In this document: in pieces, positions 1-10,338 of the stretch
How positions within the stretch are numbered: position 1 is the first letter of the stretch
Layout of the letters: each line of letters opens with the position of its first letter
Program-made: the position numbers and the translations under genes
Origin: an uncultured Pelagibacteraceae bacterium
Lineage (GTDB): Bacteria; Pseudomonadota; Alphaproteobacteria; Pelagibacterales; Pelagibacteraceae
Direction: 5' to 3'
Assembly (NCBI GenBank): GCA_963925905.1
Contig: CAWUVR010000056.1
Coordinates: 1 to 39,900, forward strand
DNA length: 39,900 nucleotides
Notes under the pieces: generated by a model
The model's input: the letters and a program-made list of their open reading frames with translations, nothing else
Told to the model about the DNA's origin: nothing
Databases searched by the model: none

Positions 1-89
1 CCAATGGCAAGACCCCAGGTGCAGGGCCAAAAAAGTAAAAAAATTCCAGTAGGCTTATCCAGCCTAATAAGTTTGATATATTTTTTCAT
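1..89 (-). CDS. ubiA: 4-hydroxybenzoate polyprenyltransferase, N-terminal part (runs off the window)
   Basis: Not in the ORF track. Manual translation from ATG at 89 gives MKKYIKLIRLDKPTGIFLLFWPCTWGLAIG, matching the UbiA N-terminal RLDxPxG..LLxxP..W motif. Confidence 0.88.
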   Translation of the reverse strand, partial: MKKYIKLIRLDKPTGIFLLFWPCTWGLAI

Positions 90-109
90 TATTAAAATTA
101 AATTACTGC

Positions 110-784
110 TTATAAGATTTTTTTTAACTGTATTAAATTACTAATAGTTTTTTTAGGTTTGAAATCTAAATTGTCAAAAATTTTATTTACTCTATTTACC
201 CATATAGACTGAAAACCATAAGATCTAGATCCAACAATATCCCAGCTATTTGAGCTTAAGAAGCAAACCTCTCTTGGTTTGCAAGAATATTTTTTGGTTA
301 CTAGCTGATACACTCGGGGATCTGGTTTGTAGATTTTTACTTCCTCAATAGAAATAATAGAATCAAAAAGTTTTTCAATTTGTGCTCTTTTTGTTAATTG
401 CTCCAATAGTTTTGGCGTTCCGTTGGAAAGAATGCAGCATTTTATTTTTTTTTTCTTAAGATATAAAAGCGTTTTTTTTAATTCTGGATAGACCTCTAAT
501 TCTTTATAAAGTTTTAAGAGTTCCTTTTTGTATTTTGGTTTTATGCTGTGAACTTTCATGGCGTAATCTAATGAATCTTTTGTAATTTTCCAGAAATCCC
601 TATGGTTTTTCATCAAGCTTCTCAACCAAGTATATTCTAACTGAGTGGTTCTCCAGGTATTAGAAAACTCAAGCCATGATTTTCCAATTTTATTTTTAAC
701 AAGCTTGGCTGCAGAATTGATATCAAAACAAGTGCCATAGGCATCAAAAGCACAAACTTTAATATTCGAAATTTTATTTTTCAT
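110..784 (-). CDS. Haloacid dehalogenase, type II (L-2-haloacid dehalogenase family)
   Basis: FDAYGT motif I, WRxxQLEYTW, LSNG, YKPDP, SSNSWD. Confidence 0.9.
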   Translation of the reverse strand: MKNKISNIKVCAFDAYGTCFDINSAAKLVKNKIGKSWLEFSNTWRTTQLEYTWLRSLMKNHRDFWKITKDSLDYAMKVHSIKPKYKKELLKLYKELEVYPELKKTLLYLKKKKIKCCILSNGTPKLLEQLTKRAQIEKLFDSIISIEEVKIYKPDPRVYQLVTKKYSCKPREVCFLSSNSWDIVGSRSYGFQSIWVNRVNKIFDNLDFKPKKTISNLIQLKKIL

Positions 785-800
785 ATATACAATTTAATGT
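785..800. promoter_or_regulatory. Putative overlapping divergent -10 elements for leaderless HAD and rsmE transcripts
   Basis: 16-nt gap. TACAAT (+, 788-793) lies 7 nt before rsmE ATG, and TAAATT (-, 796-791) lies 6 nt before the HAD ATG. No SD sequence. Confidence 0.45.
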
Positions 801-1517
801 ATGGAGAAAAAAATTAGAATATTTTTTAACGAAACACTAGAAGAAAATAAAAAAATTACACTAGATAAAGAACAATCTCACTATGTAAGCAATGTTATGC
901 GTCTAGAGATCGGTAGAGAGCTTTTGTTATTTAACGGAAGAGAAGGAGAGTTCTTGGGAAAAGTTGTCTCTTGTAGCAAAAAACAGACGATCATTCTTTT
1001 GGTTAAAAAAGAAAAGGAGCAGACAGAGCCAAAAAATGTCTCGTTGGCCTTTTGTCCGCTGAAAGGTCCTAGATTAGATTTTTTAATTCAGAAGTGTACA
1101 GAAATAGGATTGAAAACTTTTATTCCAGTAATTTCAGATCACACCATCAATAGAAAAATTAATAAACAAAGATTAGAAAAAATTATTATAGAGGCTTGTG
1201 AGCAGTCTGATCAGCTAATGATACCAAACCTTTTGGAGCCCTTAAGCTTTAAGGAATTTGCCCAGTCATTAAATAGTAGTGATTCTGTTTTGTTTGCGGA
1301 TATCAACTCAGAAAACAATTCTTTGGACAAAGTATTGCAAAGCAAGGAAGGTAAATTTGTTTTATTTGTAGGACCGGAGGGTGATTTTTCTCCTCAAGAA
1401 AGAAAAGAAATTGCAAATGATAATAAATTTAAAAGCTTCTCCCTGGGAAAAAATATTTTAAGATCTGAAACGGCAGCAATGTCTGGCTTGGTGTTAATAA
1501 ATTTTTTATTAAATTAA
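801..1517 (+). CDS. rsmE: 16S rRNA m3U1498 methyltransferase
   Basis: HYxxNVMRL, QKCTEIG, EACEQS, VGPEGDFS, LGKNILRSETA SPOUT motifs. Confidence 0.95.
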   Translation: MEKKIRIFFNETLEENKKITLDKEQSHYVSNVMRLEIGRELLLFNGREGEFLGKVVSCSKKQTIILLVKKEKEQTEPKNVSLAFCPLKGPRLDFLIQKCTEIGLKTFIPVISDHTINRKINKQRLEKIIIEACEQSDQLMIPNLLEPLSFKEFAQSLNSSDSVLFADINSENNSLDKVLQSKEGKFVLFVGPEGDFSPQERKEIANDNKFKSFSLGKNILRSETAAMSGLVLINFLLN

Positions 1518-2926
1518 AGCTGTGTTCCACCAACGGTAATCTGATCTACCAAGATAGAGGGTTGTCCAACACCAACAGGAACCCATTGACCATTTTTTCC
1601 ACAAGTTCCAATACCAGGATCTAATTGCATATCATTTCCAACCATAGAAACTTTAGTCAAAATATCTGGGCCATTACCAATTAAAGTAGCCCCTTTTACT
1701 GGAGCACCAATTTTTCCATTATTAATTTCGTAAGCTTCTGTGCATGAAAAAACAAATTTACCGTTAGTGATATCTACTTGCCCGCCACCAAAAGAAACTG
1801 CAAAAATACCTTTGTCTACAGACTTGATCATTTCTTCTTGGGAATGTTTTCCATTCAGCATGAATGTGTTTGTCATTCTTGGCATTGGTGCGCACTCAAA
1901 ACTTTCTCTTCTTCCGTTACCAGTTGATTTTGTTTTCATTAAGCGAGCATTAAGTCTGTCCTGCATATAATTTTTTAAAATTCCATTTTCTATAAGAACG
2001 GTTCTTGAGGAAGGAGTTCCCTCATCATCAATAGTGATAGAGCCTCTTCTATTTGCAATTGTTCCATCATCGACAATAGTTACATGTTCACTTGCTACTT
2101 TTTGATTCATTAAATTATGAAAAGCAGATGTTTTCTTTCTATTGAAATCACCCTCCAGTCCATGACCTATAGCTTCGTGCAATAATATTCCAGGCCAACC
2201 TGGTCCTAAAACAACTTTCATTTCTCCAGCAGGAGCATCTTTGCTTTCAAGATTAATCATTGCTTGCTGGTATGCTTTATCACATACTTTTTTCCAATCG
2301 TTGTTTGCAATGTAGTCATCATAACTCATTCTTCCACCAGTCCCGTAGGATCCAGTTTCTCTTCTTCCATTTTTTTCAACCATTACAGAAACATTGAATC
2401 TAATTAACGGCCTAATATCTCGAAAGCTTTGAGAGTCGGTTTTGATAATTTCAATTTCTTGATATTCGCCAGATATAGAAGCGGTCACCTGTTTAATTAA
2501 AGAATCTTTTTTTCTCAAATACTCATCTACATTTTTTAATATAGATATCTTTTCACTAAATGGTTTTGCTTCAATCGGATTAACATCTGAATACATTTTG
2601 GAATTAGATCTTGGTGGCGAACTATCGGTTTTGCCATTTTTATTTTTTAATCCTGCGAGCAAATTTTTTGAAGCTTCGGTTAAGGATTTTTTTGAAATTT
2701 CGTTAGAGTGAGAGTAGGCGGTGACATCGTCGGTAACAGCCCTTAGACCGTAGCCAATAGAAGTGTCATAACTTGTGTTTTTAATCTTATTGTCATCAAG
2801 CACAAAAGACTCACTTTTGGAATTTTCAAAAAATAACTCACCGTCATCGCAGTTTTTCATCGTTTCAGACACAAGCTGCTCGGCTTCTTTGCGAGTTAGG
2901 TCGGTATCTGTAAAAAAAGTGCTCAT
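1514..2926 (-). CDS. tldD: Metalloprotease TldD
   Basis: LHEAIGHGLEGDFNRK, PRMTNT, CGKNGQWVPVGVGQP. Start moved from 2977 to the ATG at 2926 (MSTFF), which leaves the cox promoter intergenic. Confidence 0.93.
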   Translation of the reverse strand: MSTFFTDTDLTRKEAEQLVSETMKNCDDGELFFENSKSESFVLDDNKIKNTSYDTSIGYGLRAVTDDVTAYSHSNEISKKSLTEASKNLLAGLKNKNGKTDSSPPRSNSKMYSDVNPIEAKPFSEKISILKNVDEYLRKKDSLIKQVTASISGEYQEIEIIKTDSQSFRDIRPLIRFNVSVMVEKNGRRETGSYGTGGRMSYDDYIANNDWKKVCDKAYQQAMINLESKDAPAGEMKVVLGPGWPGILLHEAIGHGLEGDFNRKKTSAFHNLMNQKVASEHVTIVDDGTIANRRGSITIDDEGTPSSRTVLIENGILKNYMQDRLNARLMKTKSTGNGRRESFECAPMPRMTNTFMLNGKHSQEEMIKSVDKGIFAVSFGGGQVDITNGKFVFSCTEAYEINNGKIGAPVKGATLIGNGPDILTKVSMVGNDMQLDPGIGTCGKNGQWVPVGVGQPSILVDQITVGGTQL

Positions 2927-2969
2927 TATGGCTATAATTTTTTTTGATTTCAGTTTACTTTGTATACCT

Positions 2970-2986
2970 TTTGTCAAAATGTCGCA
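2970..2986. promoter_or_regulatory. Putative RegA/PrrA/ActR-type binding site upstream of the cox operon
   Basis: TTTGTCA-AAA-TGTCGCA resembles TGCGNCA-N3-TGNCGCA. It ends 23 nt before a TGcTATAAG extended -10 (hexamer 3010-3015). Confidence 0.55.
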
Positions 2987-3026
2987 AAGTTAACAATGCT
3001 TTGTTTTGCTATAAGGACAACGCATT

Positions 3027-3839
3027 ATGAAAAAAATTATTATCTCTCTTATTTTATTTTTAATAAGCACAAACAGTTTTGCAGATCAGCCAAAAAATTG
3101 GCAAATGGGCTATCAAGAAGGAGTGACTTCAGTGATGCACGACCTTATTTTTATGCATGACTATATTTTGTTGCCTATAGTGACAGCCATTTCGTGTTTT
3201 GTTTTGTTTCTAATTATTTATGCAGGTTTTAAATTTAGAGCTTCTAAAAATCCAAACCCTTCAAAAACATCTCACAACACTCTTATCGAAATTTTATGGA
3301 CGGTTATTCCTTGCTTGATCCTGGTGGTTATCGCAGTTCCATCTTTTAAATTATTATATAAGCAAGATGTCATTCCAAAAGCTGACGTTACCATTAAAGC
3401 AACTGGTTATCAGTGGTACTGGGGATATGAATACCCAGATGAAAAAATAGCTTTTGATTCTGTTATGGTCGAAACAAAAGATTTAAAACCAGGGCAGCCT
3501 AGACTTTTATCAACTGATACACGCGTAGTTGTTCCGGTGAATAAAACGGTAGTAGTTTTAATTACCGCAAATGACGTTCTTCATGCATGGGCAGTTCCAG
3601 CGTTCGGAGTTAAAAGAGATGCGGTTCCAGGAAGAATAAACCAAACTTGGTTTAAAGCAGAAAAAGAAGGAGTTTATTACGGACAATGTTCAGAGCTTTG
3701 CGGAATTAAACATGCGTTTATGCCAATTACAGTTGAAGTAGTATCGCAGGAAAAATATAATGAATGGATTGAAATGGCGAAGAAAAAATTTGCAATGCAT
3801 CCAACCAATAATAATTTAGTAGCACAAAATACAAAATAG
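3027..3839 (+). CDS. coxB: Cytochrome c oxidase subunit II
   Basis: Signal peptide, two TM helices, GYQWYWGYEY, DVLHAW, CuA motif CSELCGIKHAFM. Confidence 0.97.
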   Translation: MKKIIISLILFLISTNSFADQPKNWQMGYQEGVTSVMHDLIFMHDYILLPIVTAISCFVLFLIIYAGFKFRASKNPNPSKTSHNTLIEILWTVIPCLILVVIAVPSFKLLYKQDVIPKADVTIKATGYQWYWGYEYPDEKIAFDSVMVETKDLKPGQPRLLSTDTRVVVPVNKTVVVLITANDVLHAWAVPAFGVKRDAVPGRINQTWFKAEKEGVYYGQCSELCGIKHAFMPITVEVVSQEKYNEWIEMAKKKFAMHPTNNNLVAQNTK

Positions 3840-5459
<1,620 letters not shown>

Positions 5460-5471
5460 AGAAGAGGGATT

Positions 5472-6392
5472 TTGAAAAAACAAATGTCTGATGTGCCCAT
5501 GTCATCAGCAAACTCCTTTTCAAATACATTCAAAAGCTTTTTTGAATTGATGAAGCCAAGAGTGATGTCTTTGGTTATCTTTACTGCATTAGTGGGGATT
5601 GTTATTGCTCCTACCAAAGCTAGTTTCTTTAATTCAGCCATGTCCTTGCTGTTTGTGGCTCTTGGGGCTGGAGCGGCTGGGGCCTTAAATATGTGGTATG
5701 ATGCAGAAATCGACGGGATTATGTCAAGAACTTGCTTAAGACCAATTCCATTGGGGAAAGTTAAAAACAATCATGCTTTAATTTTTGGAACAGTTCTTTC
5801 TTTTGCTTCAGTTATTGGACTGTATTTTTTTTCAAATCTTCTGTCAGCTTGCATTCTTGCGGTAACAATTTTATTTTATATTTTTATTTATACTATTTGG
5901 CTTAAAAGAAGCACACCACAAAATATAGTCATAGGAGGTGCTGCAGGATCATTTCCTCCCGTGATAGGATGGGCTATTTCTACCAATAGCATCTCAATAG
6001 AACCAATTGTTTTATTTCTTATTATTTTTCTTTGGACCCCGTCTCATTTTTGGGCATTAAGTTTGTATAAAAATGAAGATTATAAAAAAGCAAATATTCC
6101 CATGCTGTCGGTTGTAAGCGGGGAAAAGGTAACCAAAAAGAATATCTTATTTTACTCTATCATTCTTTGGCCAGTAACCTTGGCCCCATACTTTTTGAAT
6201 TTTGCTAGCTATTCAAATTTAGTTTTTGTAGCGGTGTTCGGATTGTTTTATATTTTTTTATCTTTTAAATTATTAATTAGTAAAATAAAATCTGTTTCAC
6301 ATAAGATTGCTAGAAATATATTTGTGTTTTCAATTTTTTATCTTTTTTTTATTTTTTCAACAATTTTAATAGACAATTATTTTTTTCTTTAA
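5472..6392 (+). CDS. ctaB: Protoheme IX farnesyltransferase (heme O synthase)
   Basis: LMKPRVM, DxxMxRTxxRPIP, QNIVIGGAAG, WTPSHFWAL. Start may be the ATG at 5484 or 5499. Confidence 0.95.
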   Translation: MKKQMSDVPMSSANSFSNTFKSFFELMKPRVMSLVIFTALVGIVIAPTKASFFNSAMSLLFVALGAGAAGALNMWYDAEIDGIMSRTCLRPIPLGKVKNNHALIFGTVLSFASVIGLYFFSNLLSACILAVTILFYIFIYTIWLKRSTPQNIVIGGAAGSFPPVIGWAISTNSISIEPIVLFLIIFLWTPSHFWALSLYKNEDYKKANIPMLSVVSGEKVTKKNILFYSIILWPVTLAPYFLNFASYSNLVFVAVFGLFYIFLSFKLLISKIKSVSHKIARNIFVFSIFYLFFIFSTILIDNYFFL

Positions 6393-6396
6393 GCTT

Positions 6397-6510
6397 ATGA
6401 ATTTAAAAAACAAAAACAGATTAGTGGCATGGGTATTGGTAGCTTTAATGGTATTCTTTTTCTTCTATACAATCGCAAACATAACGGGAATTTTTAATAG
6501 ACCCTTATGA
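6397..6510 (+). CDS. Small single-TM CoxF-like protein (37 aa)
   Basis: Manual translation MNLKNKNRLVAWVLVALMVFFFFYTIANITGIFNRPL. It fills the ctaB-ctaG gap, and its TGA overlaps the ctaG ATG (ATGA). Confidence 0.78.
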   Translation: MNLKNKNRLVAWVLVALMVFFFFYTIANITGIFNRPL

Positions 6511-7046
6511 TCAAGCCAAAACAAAAAAAATTAAATCCATTATATTTAGTGGCTATTTTTTTTATTATGCTTGGACTGTCTTTTGCATCAGTCCCTTTGT
6601 ACGATCTTTTTTGCAGAGTCACAGGTTTCGGCGGAACAACTCAAAAAACAAAAATATTGCCAAAAACTATCGTTAACAAAAGTATTGCAATGCGGTTTGA
6701 TACTAATATCGGAGGCACATTGCCAATTAGCTTCAGGGCAAAAAACAACTTGATCAAGATCAAGCCAGGAGAGGTTAGGAATGCTTCTTTTGTAGTTAAA
6801 AATGAAACAGGAAAAACACTTAAAGTTGTTGCAACTTTTAATGTTACCCCTGATTCGGCTGGCAAGTACTTCAATAAGCTCGAATGCTTTTGTTTTGAGC
6901 AGCAGAAACTAGAAGCTAATGAGGTTAAGGAGCTAAATTTATCTTATTATATCGATCCAGAAATAACAAAAGACCCAGCGACCAAAAACGTCAAAGATAT
7001 AACTTTATCTTATACTTTATTTGAAGTAGATAAGTTTCAGAATTAA
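6507..7046 (+). CDS. ctaG: Cytochrome c oxidase copper chaperone CtaG/Cox11
   Basis: VPLYDLFCRVTGFGGT, YFNKLECFCF, ITLSYT. Confidence 0.95.
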   Translation: MIKPKQKKLNPLYLVAIFFIMLGLSFASVPLYDLFCRVTGFGGTTQKTKILPKTIVNKSIAMRFDTNIGGTLPISFRAKNNLIKIKPGEVRNASFVVKNETGKTLKVVATFNVTPDSAGKYFNKLECFCFEQQKLEANEVKELNLSYYIDPEITKDPATKNVKDITLSYTLFEVDKFQN

Positions 7047-7048
7047 TT

Positions 7049-7840
7049 ATGTCTGCATCTGAAAAAAAACACGATTATCATCTAGTTGACCCAAGTCCTT
7101 GGCCAATTTTCTGTTCTATAGCTAGCTTAATACTAGCTGTTGGAGCTGTTTATTATTTTAGAACCAATAATCTTTGGTTAGTATTTATTGGTTTAGCAGT
7201 TCTTCTTTATGGAATGTTCATGTGGTTTAGAGATGTTGTAATTGAAGCGGAACACAAAGGTGATCACACACCAGTAGTCCAGCTTAGTCATCGTTATGGA
7301 ATGACTTTATTTATTGCATCCGAAGTTATGTTTTTTGTTGCATGGTTTTGGGCGTATTTTGACGCAAGTTTATTTCCAGACCAGATCATCGGTGGCGTAT
7401 GGCCTCCAAAAGGCATTCAAACATTAGATCCTTGGCATATACCTTTAATCAATACATTAATTTTACTACTGTCAGGAACAACAGTGACATGGGCTCACCA
7501 TGCTTTATTGGAGAATGATAGAAAAAGTTTAATCCAAGGTTTGGTTCTAACTGTAATTCTAGGTTCCATTTTTACAATGTTCCAAGCGTACGAGTACATG
7601 CACGCAACATTTAAGATTAGCACAGGTATTTACGGGGCCACTTTTTACATGGCAACAGGTTTTCATGGATTTCACGTACTGGTAGGAACAATATTTTTAG
7701 CGGTTTGTCTATTTAGGGCAAAGCAAGGACATTACACACCTGATCATCACTTTGGTTTTGAAGCTGCGGCTTGGTATTGGCACTTTGTCGACGTGGTTTG
7801 GTTATTTTTATTTGCTGCAATATATATTTGGGGCAGCTAA
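7049..7840 (+). CDS. coxC: Cytochrome c oxidase subunit III
   Basis: HDYHLVDPSPWP, FIASEVMFF, TGFHGFHV, WYWHFVDVVW. Confidence 0.97.
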   Translation: MSASEKKHDYHLVDPSPWPIFCSIASLILAVGAVYYFRTNNLWLVFIGLAVLLYGMFMWFRDVVIEAEHKGDHTPVVQLSHRYGMTLFIASEVMFFVAWFWAYFDASLFPDQIIGGVWPPKGIQTLDPWHIPLINTLILLLSGTTVTWAHHALLENDRKSLIQGLVLTVILGSIFTMFQAYEYMHATFKISTGIYGATFYMATGFHGFHVLVGTIFLAVCLFRAKQGHYTPDHHFGFEAAAWYWHFVDVVWLFLFAAIYIWGS

Positions 7841-7846
7841 TTTTTT

Positions 7847-8503
7847 TTGAAAAAACATATATTTAATTTATTTTCATTCACAGTAGTTATTTTACTTTTT
7901 TCCCTGGGTACTTGGCAATTGCAGCGCTTAACATGGAAACAAGAGCTTATTGCTAATGTCAAAAATTCTATAGAGCAGCCAGCAATCAATTTCCAGATAG
8001 GAAAAGTTAGAGAATTTCAAAAAGTTAAACTAGCCGGAGCTTTGCTTAAAGATAATTATTTTGTTTATCGTCTAAATGAAAAAGGAGAATATGGATTTAA
8101 TTTGATATCTGTTTTAAAAATAGACCCAGAGTATTTTATTTTAATTCAAAGAGGCTGGATTCCTAAAATAGAAGAAAAATATAAAAAAAATACCAATAAA
8201 GATCATATTAGTCTCGAGGGTATTGCTTACGCCTTAAAAGCAAAGGCGCCATTTACACCAGAAAATAATAAAAATGAGAATTTTTTTTATCATATCGATG
8301 AAAAAAAAATACGAAAATTATTGCAAATTAAAATAAGTCCATTTTTAATAATACAGTCATCAACAGATCAGTTTTTTGATAATTTAAAAAACAGACAGAA
8401 CACAAGCATGTCCAATAATCATCTGCAGTACGCAATCACTTGGTTTGTTTTGGGAATTTGTATAATAATCGCTTTCTGGTTTCTTAAAAAAAGATATAAA
8501 TAA
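7847..8503 (+). CDS. SURF1-family oxidase assembly protein
   Basis: LGTWQLQRLTWK, QRGWIP, NNHLQYAITWF. Confidence 0.92.
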   Translation: MKKHIFNLFSFTVVILLFSLGTWQLQRLTWKQELIANVKNSIEQPAINFQIGKVREFQKVKLAGALLKDNYFVYRLNEKGEYGFNLISVLKIDPEYFILIQRGWIPKIEEKYKKNTNKDHISLEGIAYALKAKAPFTPENNKNENFFYHIDEKKIRKLLQIKISPFLIIQSSTDQFFDNLKNRQNTSMSNNHLQYAITWFVLGICIIIAFWFLKKRYK

Positions 8504-8505
8504 AT

Positions 8506-9900
8506 ATGCTGTATTTTAGTACGAGAAATAAACAAAAAACCTACAATTTTGAGCAAATTTTTCTCAATGCGTTAGCTAATGACGGCGGACTATACGTGCC
8601 AAAAAACATACCCAAGATGAGCATGGAAGAAATAAGTTCGATGAAAGATTTTTCTTTTCAAAAGATGTCTTATGAAATTTTTAAAAAATTCACAGGAGAT
8701 ACCTTTGCTCCAAAAGAATTAGAAAAAATTATAAACAAGTCCTATTCTGTTTTTAGAAACAAAAAAATTGTAGATTTGAAGCTAATAGATAATATTTCTT
8801 GCGTGGAGCTTTTCCACGGACCGACTTTAGCTTTCAAAGATATAGCAATGCAAGTTTTGGGAAATATGTATGATCATTTGCTTGGAAAAAGTAAGAAAAA
8901 AATGAATTTGATTACTGCGACCTCAGGAGATACAGGAGCTGCAGCGATTGATGCTCTTAAAAGTAAAAAATATGTAAATATTTTTGTACTACATCCAGAA
9001 AATAAAGTTTCTGAAACACAAAGAAGACTCATGACGTCTGTTTTAGATTCCAATGTGCACAACATTGCCATTAAAGGAACCTTTGATGACTGTCAGCATT
9101 TGGTTAAAGAAATGTTCGCTGATCAAGACTTTAGAAATAGCATACAAATGTCCGGGGTTAACTCAATCAATTGGGCAAGAATAGTGGCCCAAATAGTTTA
9201 TTATTTTTTTATTTATTGTCAGCAGAAAACCCCTGAAAAAAGAATGGTGATTTCCGTCCCCACAGGAAACTTTGGAGATATTTATGCAGGGTACATTGCC
9301 AAACAAATGGGCCTGCCCATTGAAAAGCTAATTATTGCTAGCAACCATAATAATTTACTAGAAAAATGTTTAAGCACAGGACTGTACAAGCCATCAAAAG
9401 TTAACCCCTCCATTTCACCCAGCATGGATATTCAAGTTGCTAGTAATTTTGAAAGAATACTTTTTGATATTTGCGATCATGATGAATCAAGGGTTCAGTC
9501 TTTAATGAATGATTTAAAAGTAAAAAAAGAATTTCAACTAACAAAACAAGAGCTTATTAAACTTAACGAAAACTTTTTAGCATTTAGCATTAGTGAAGAC
9601 GAGACCCTCAAGGCCATAAAAGACGTTTATCAGACAAGCAAGTCTGTCATCGACCCTCATTCTGCAATTGGATTTCAAGCACTTAAAAAATATAATAACT
9701 TTAAATCAGATTTTTCATATTTTTGTTTTGAAACAGCTCATGCATGTAAATTTCCAGAGGCAATTATGAAAGCAATTAATCAAGACCCGCCCATGCCCAA
9801 TTTTGTTAAAGATATTTTAGATAAAGAAGAAAAGTTCGTTGTGTTGGACGGCAATCTAGAATTGTTAAAAAACTACATACAAGGCAAAGCTACTAACTAG
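8506..9900 (+). CDS. thrC: Threonine synthase
   Basis: YFSTR, DGGLYVP, ELFHGPTLAFKD (PLP lysine), ATSGDTG, NSINWAR, VPTGNFGD. Confidence 0.96.
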   Translation: MLYFSTRNKQKTYNFEQIFLNALANDGGLYVPKNIPKMSMEEISSMKDFSFQKMSYEIFKKFTGDTFAPKELEKIINKSYSVFRNKKIVDLKLIDNISCVELFHGPTLAFKDIAMQVLGNMYDHLLGKSKKKMNLITATSGDTGAAAIDALKSKKYVNIFVLHPENKVSETQRRLMTSVLDSNVHNIAIKGTFDDCQHLVKEMFADQDFRNSIQMSGVNSINWARIVAQIVYYFFIYCQQKTPEKRMVISVPTGNFGDIYAGYIAKQMGLPIEKLIIASNHNNLLEKCLSTGLYKPSKVNPSISPSMDIQVASNFERILFDICDHDESRVQSLMNDLKVKKEFQLTKQELIKLNENFLAFSISEDETLKAIKDVYQTSKSVIDPHSAIGFQALKKYNNFKSDFSYFCFETAHACKFPEAIMKAINQDPPMPNFVKDILDKEEKFVVLDGNLELLKNYIQGKATN

Positions 9901-10327
9901 ATGAATTAATAGCTTTCCTGGCTTCCTCATCAACAAGATTGTTATATTTATTGGTAGAATGTCCCTTGACCCATTGCCAATCTATATTTTTATCTTTGAC
10001 CAGATCATCCAATTCCATCCACAGATCTTTATTCTTAACCGGTTGTTTAGCTGCTGTTATCCAGCCATTTTTTTTCCAATTCTTGATCCAGCTTTTAATC
10101 CCATCTTTTACATATTTCGAGTCTGTGAAAATATTAATTTTTTGAGATTGCAATGGTTGCAAAGCTTTTATTACAGCAATCAATTCCATTCTATTATTTG
10201 TTGTCATCGGTTCAGACCCTGAAATTATTTTTTCATTGTTACCTTCGATAATGATAGCTGCCCAGCCACCTTTTCCAGGATTTCCCGAGCAAGCACCGTC
10301 AGTATAAATAGTAATCACATTTTCCAT
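9893..10327 (-). CDS. rnhA: Ribonuclease HI
   Basis: YTDGACSGNPGKGG, TTNNRMEL, TDSKY, VKNKDLW, WVKGH. Confidence 0.96.
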   Translation of the reverse strand: MENVITIYTDGACSGNPGKGGWAAIIIEGNNEKIISGSEPMTTNNRMELIAVIKALQPLQSQKINIFTDSKYVKDGIKSWIKNWKKNGWITAAKQPVKNKDLWMELDDLVKDKNIDWQWVKGHSTNKYNNLVDEEARKAINSSS

Positions 10328-10338
10328 TACGCTAATAA

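Noticed and set aside
2960-3160. 66-aa + ORF overlapping the coxB start
   Set aside because: It spans the promoter and is out of frame with coxB. No recognisable features.
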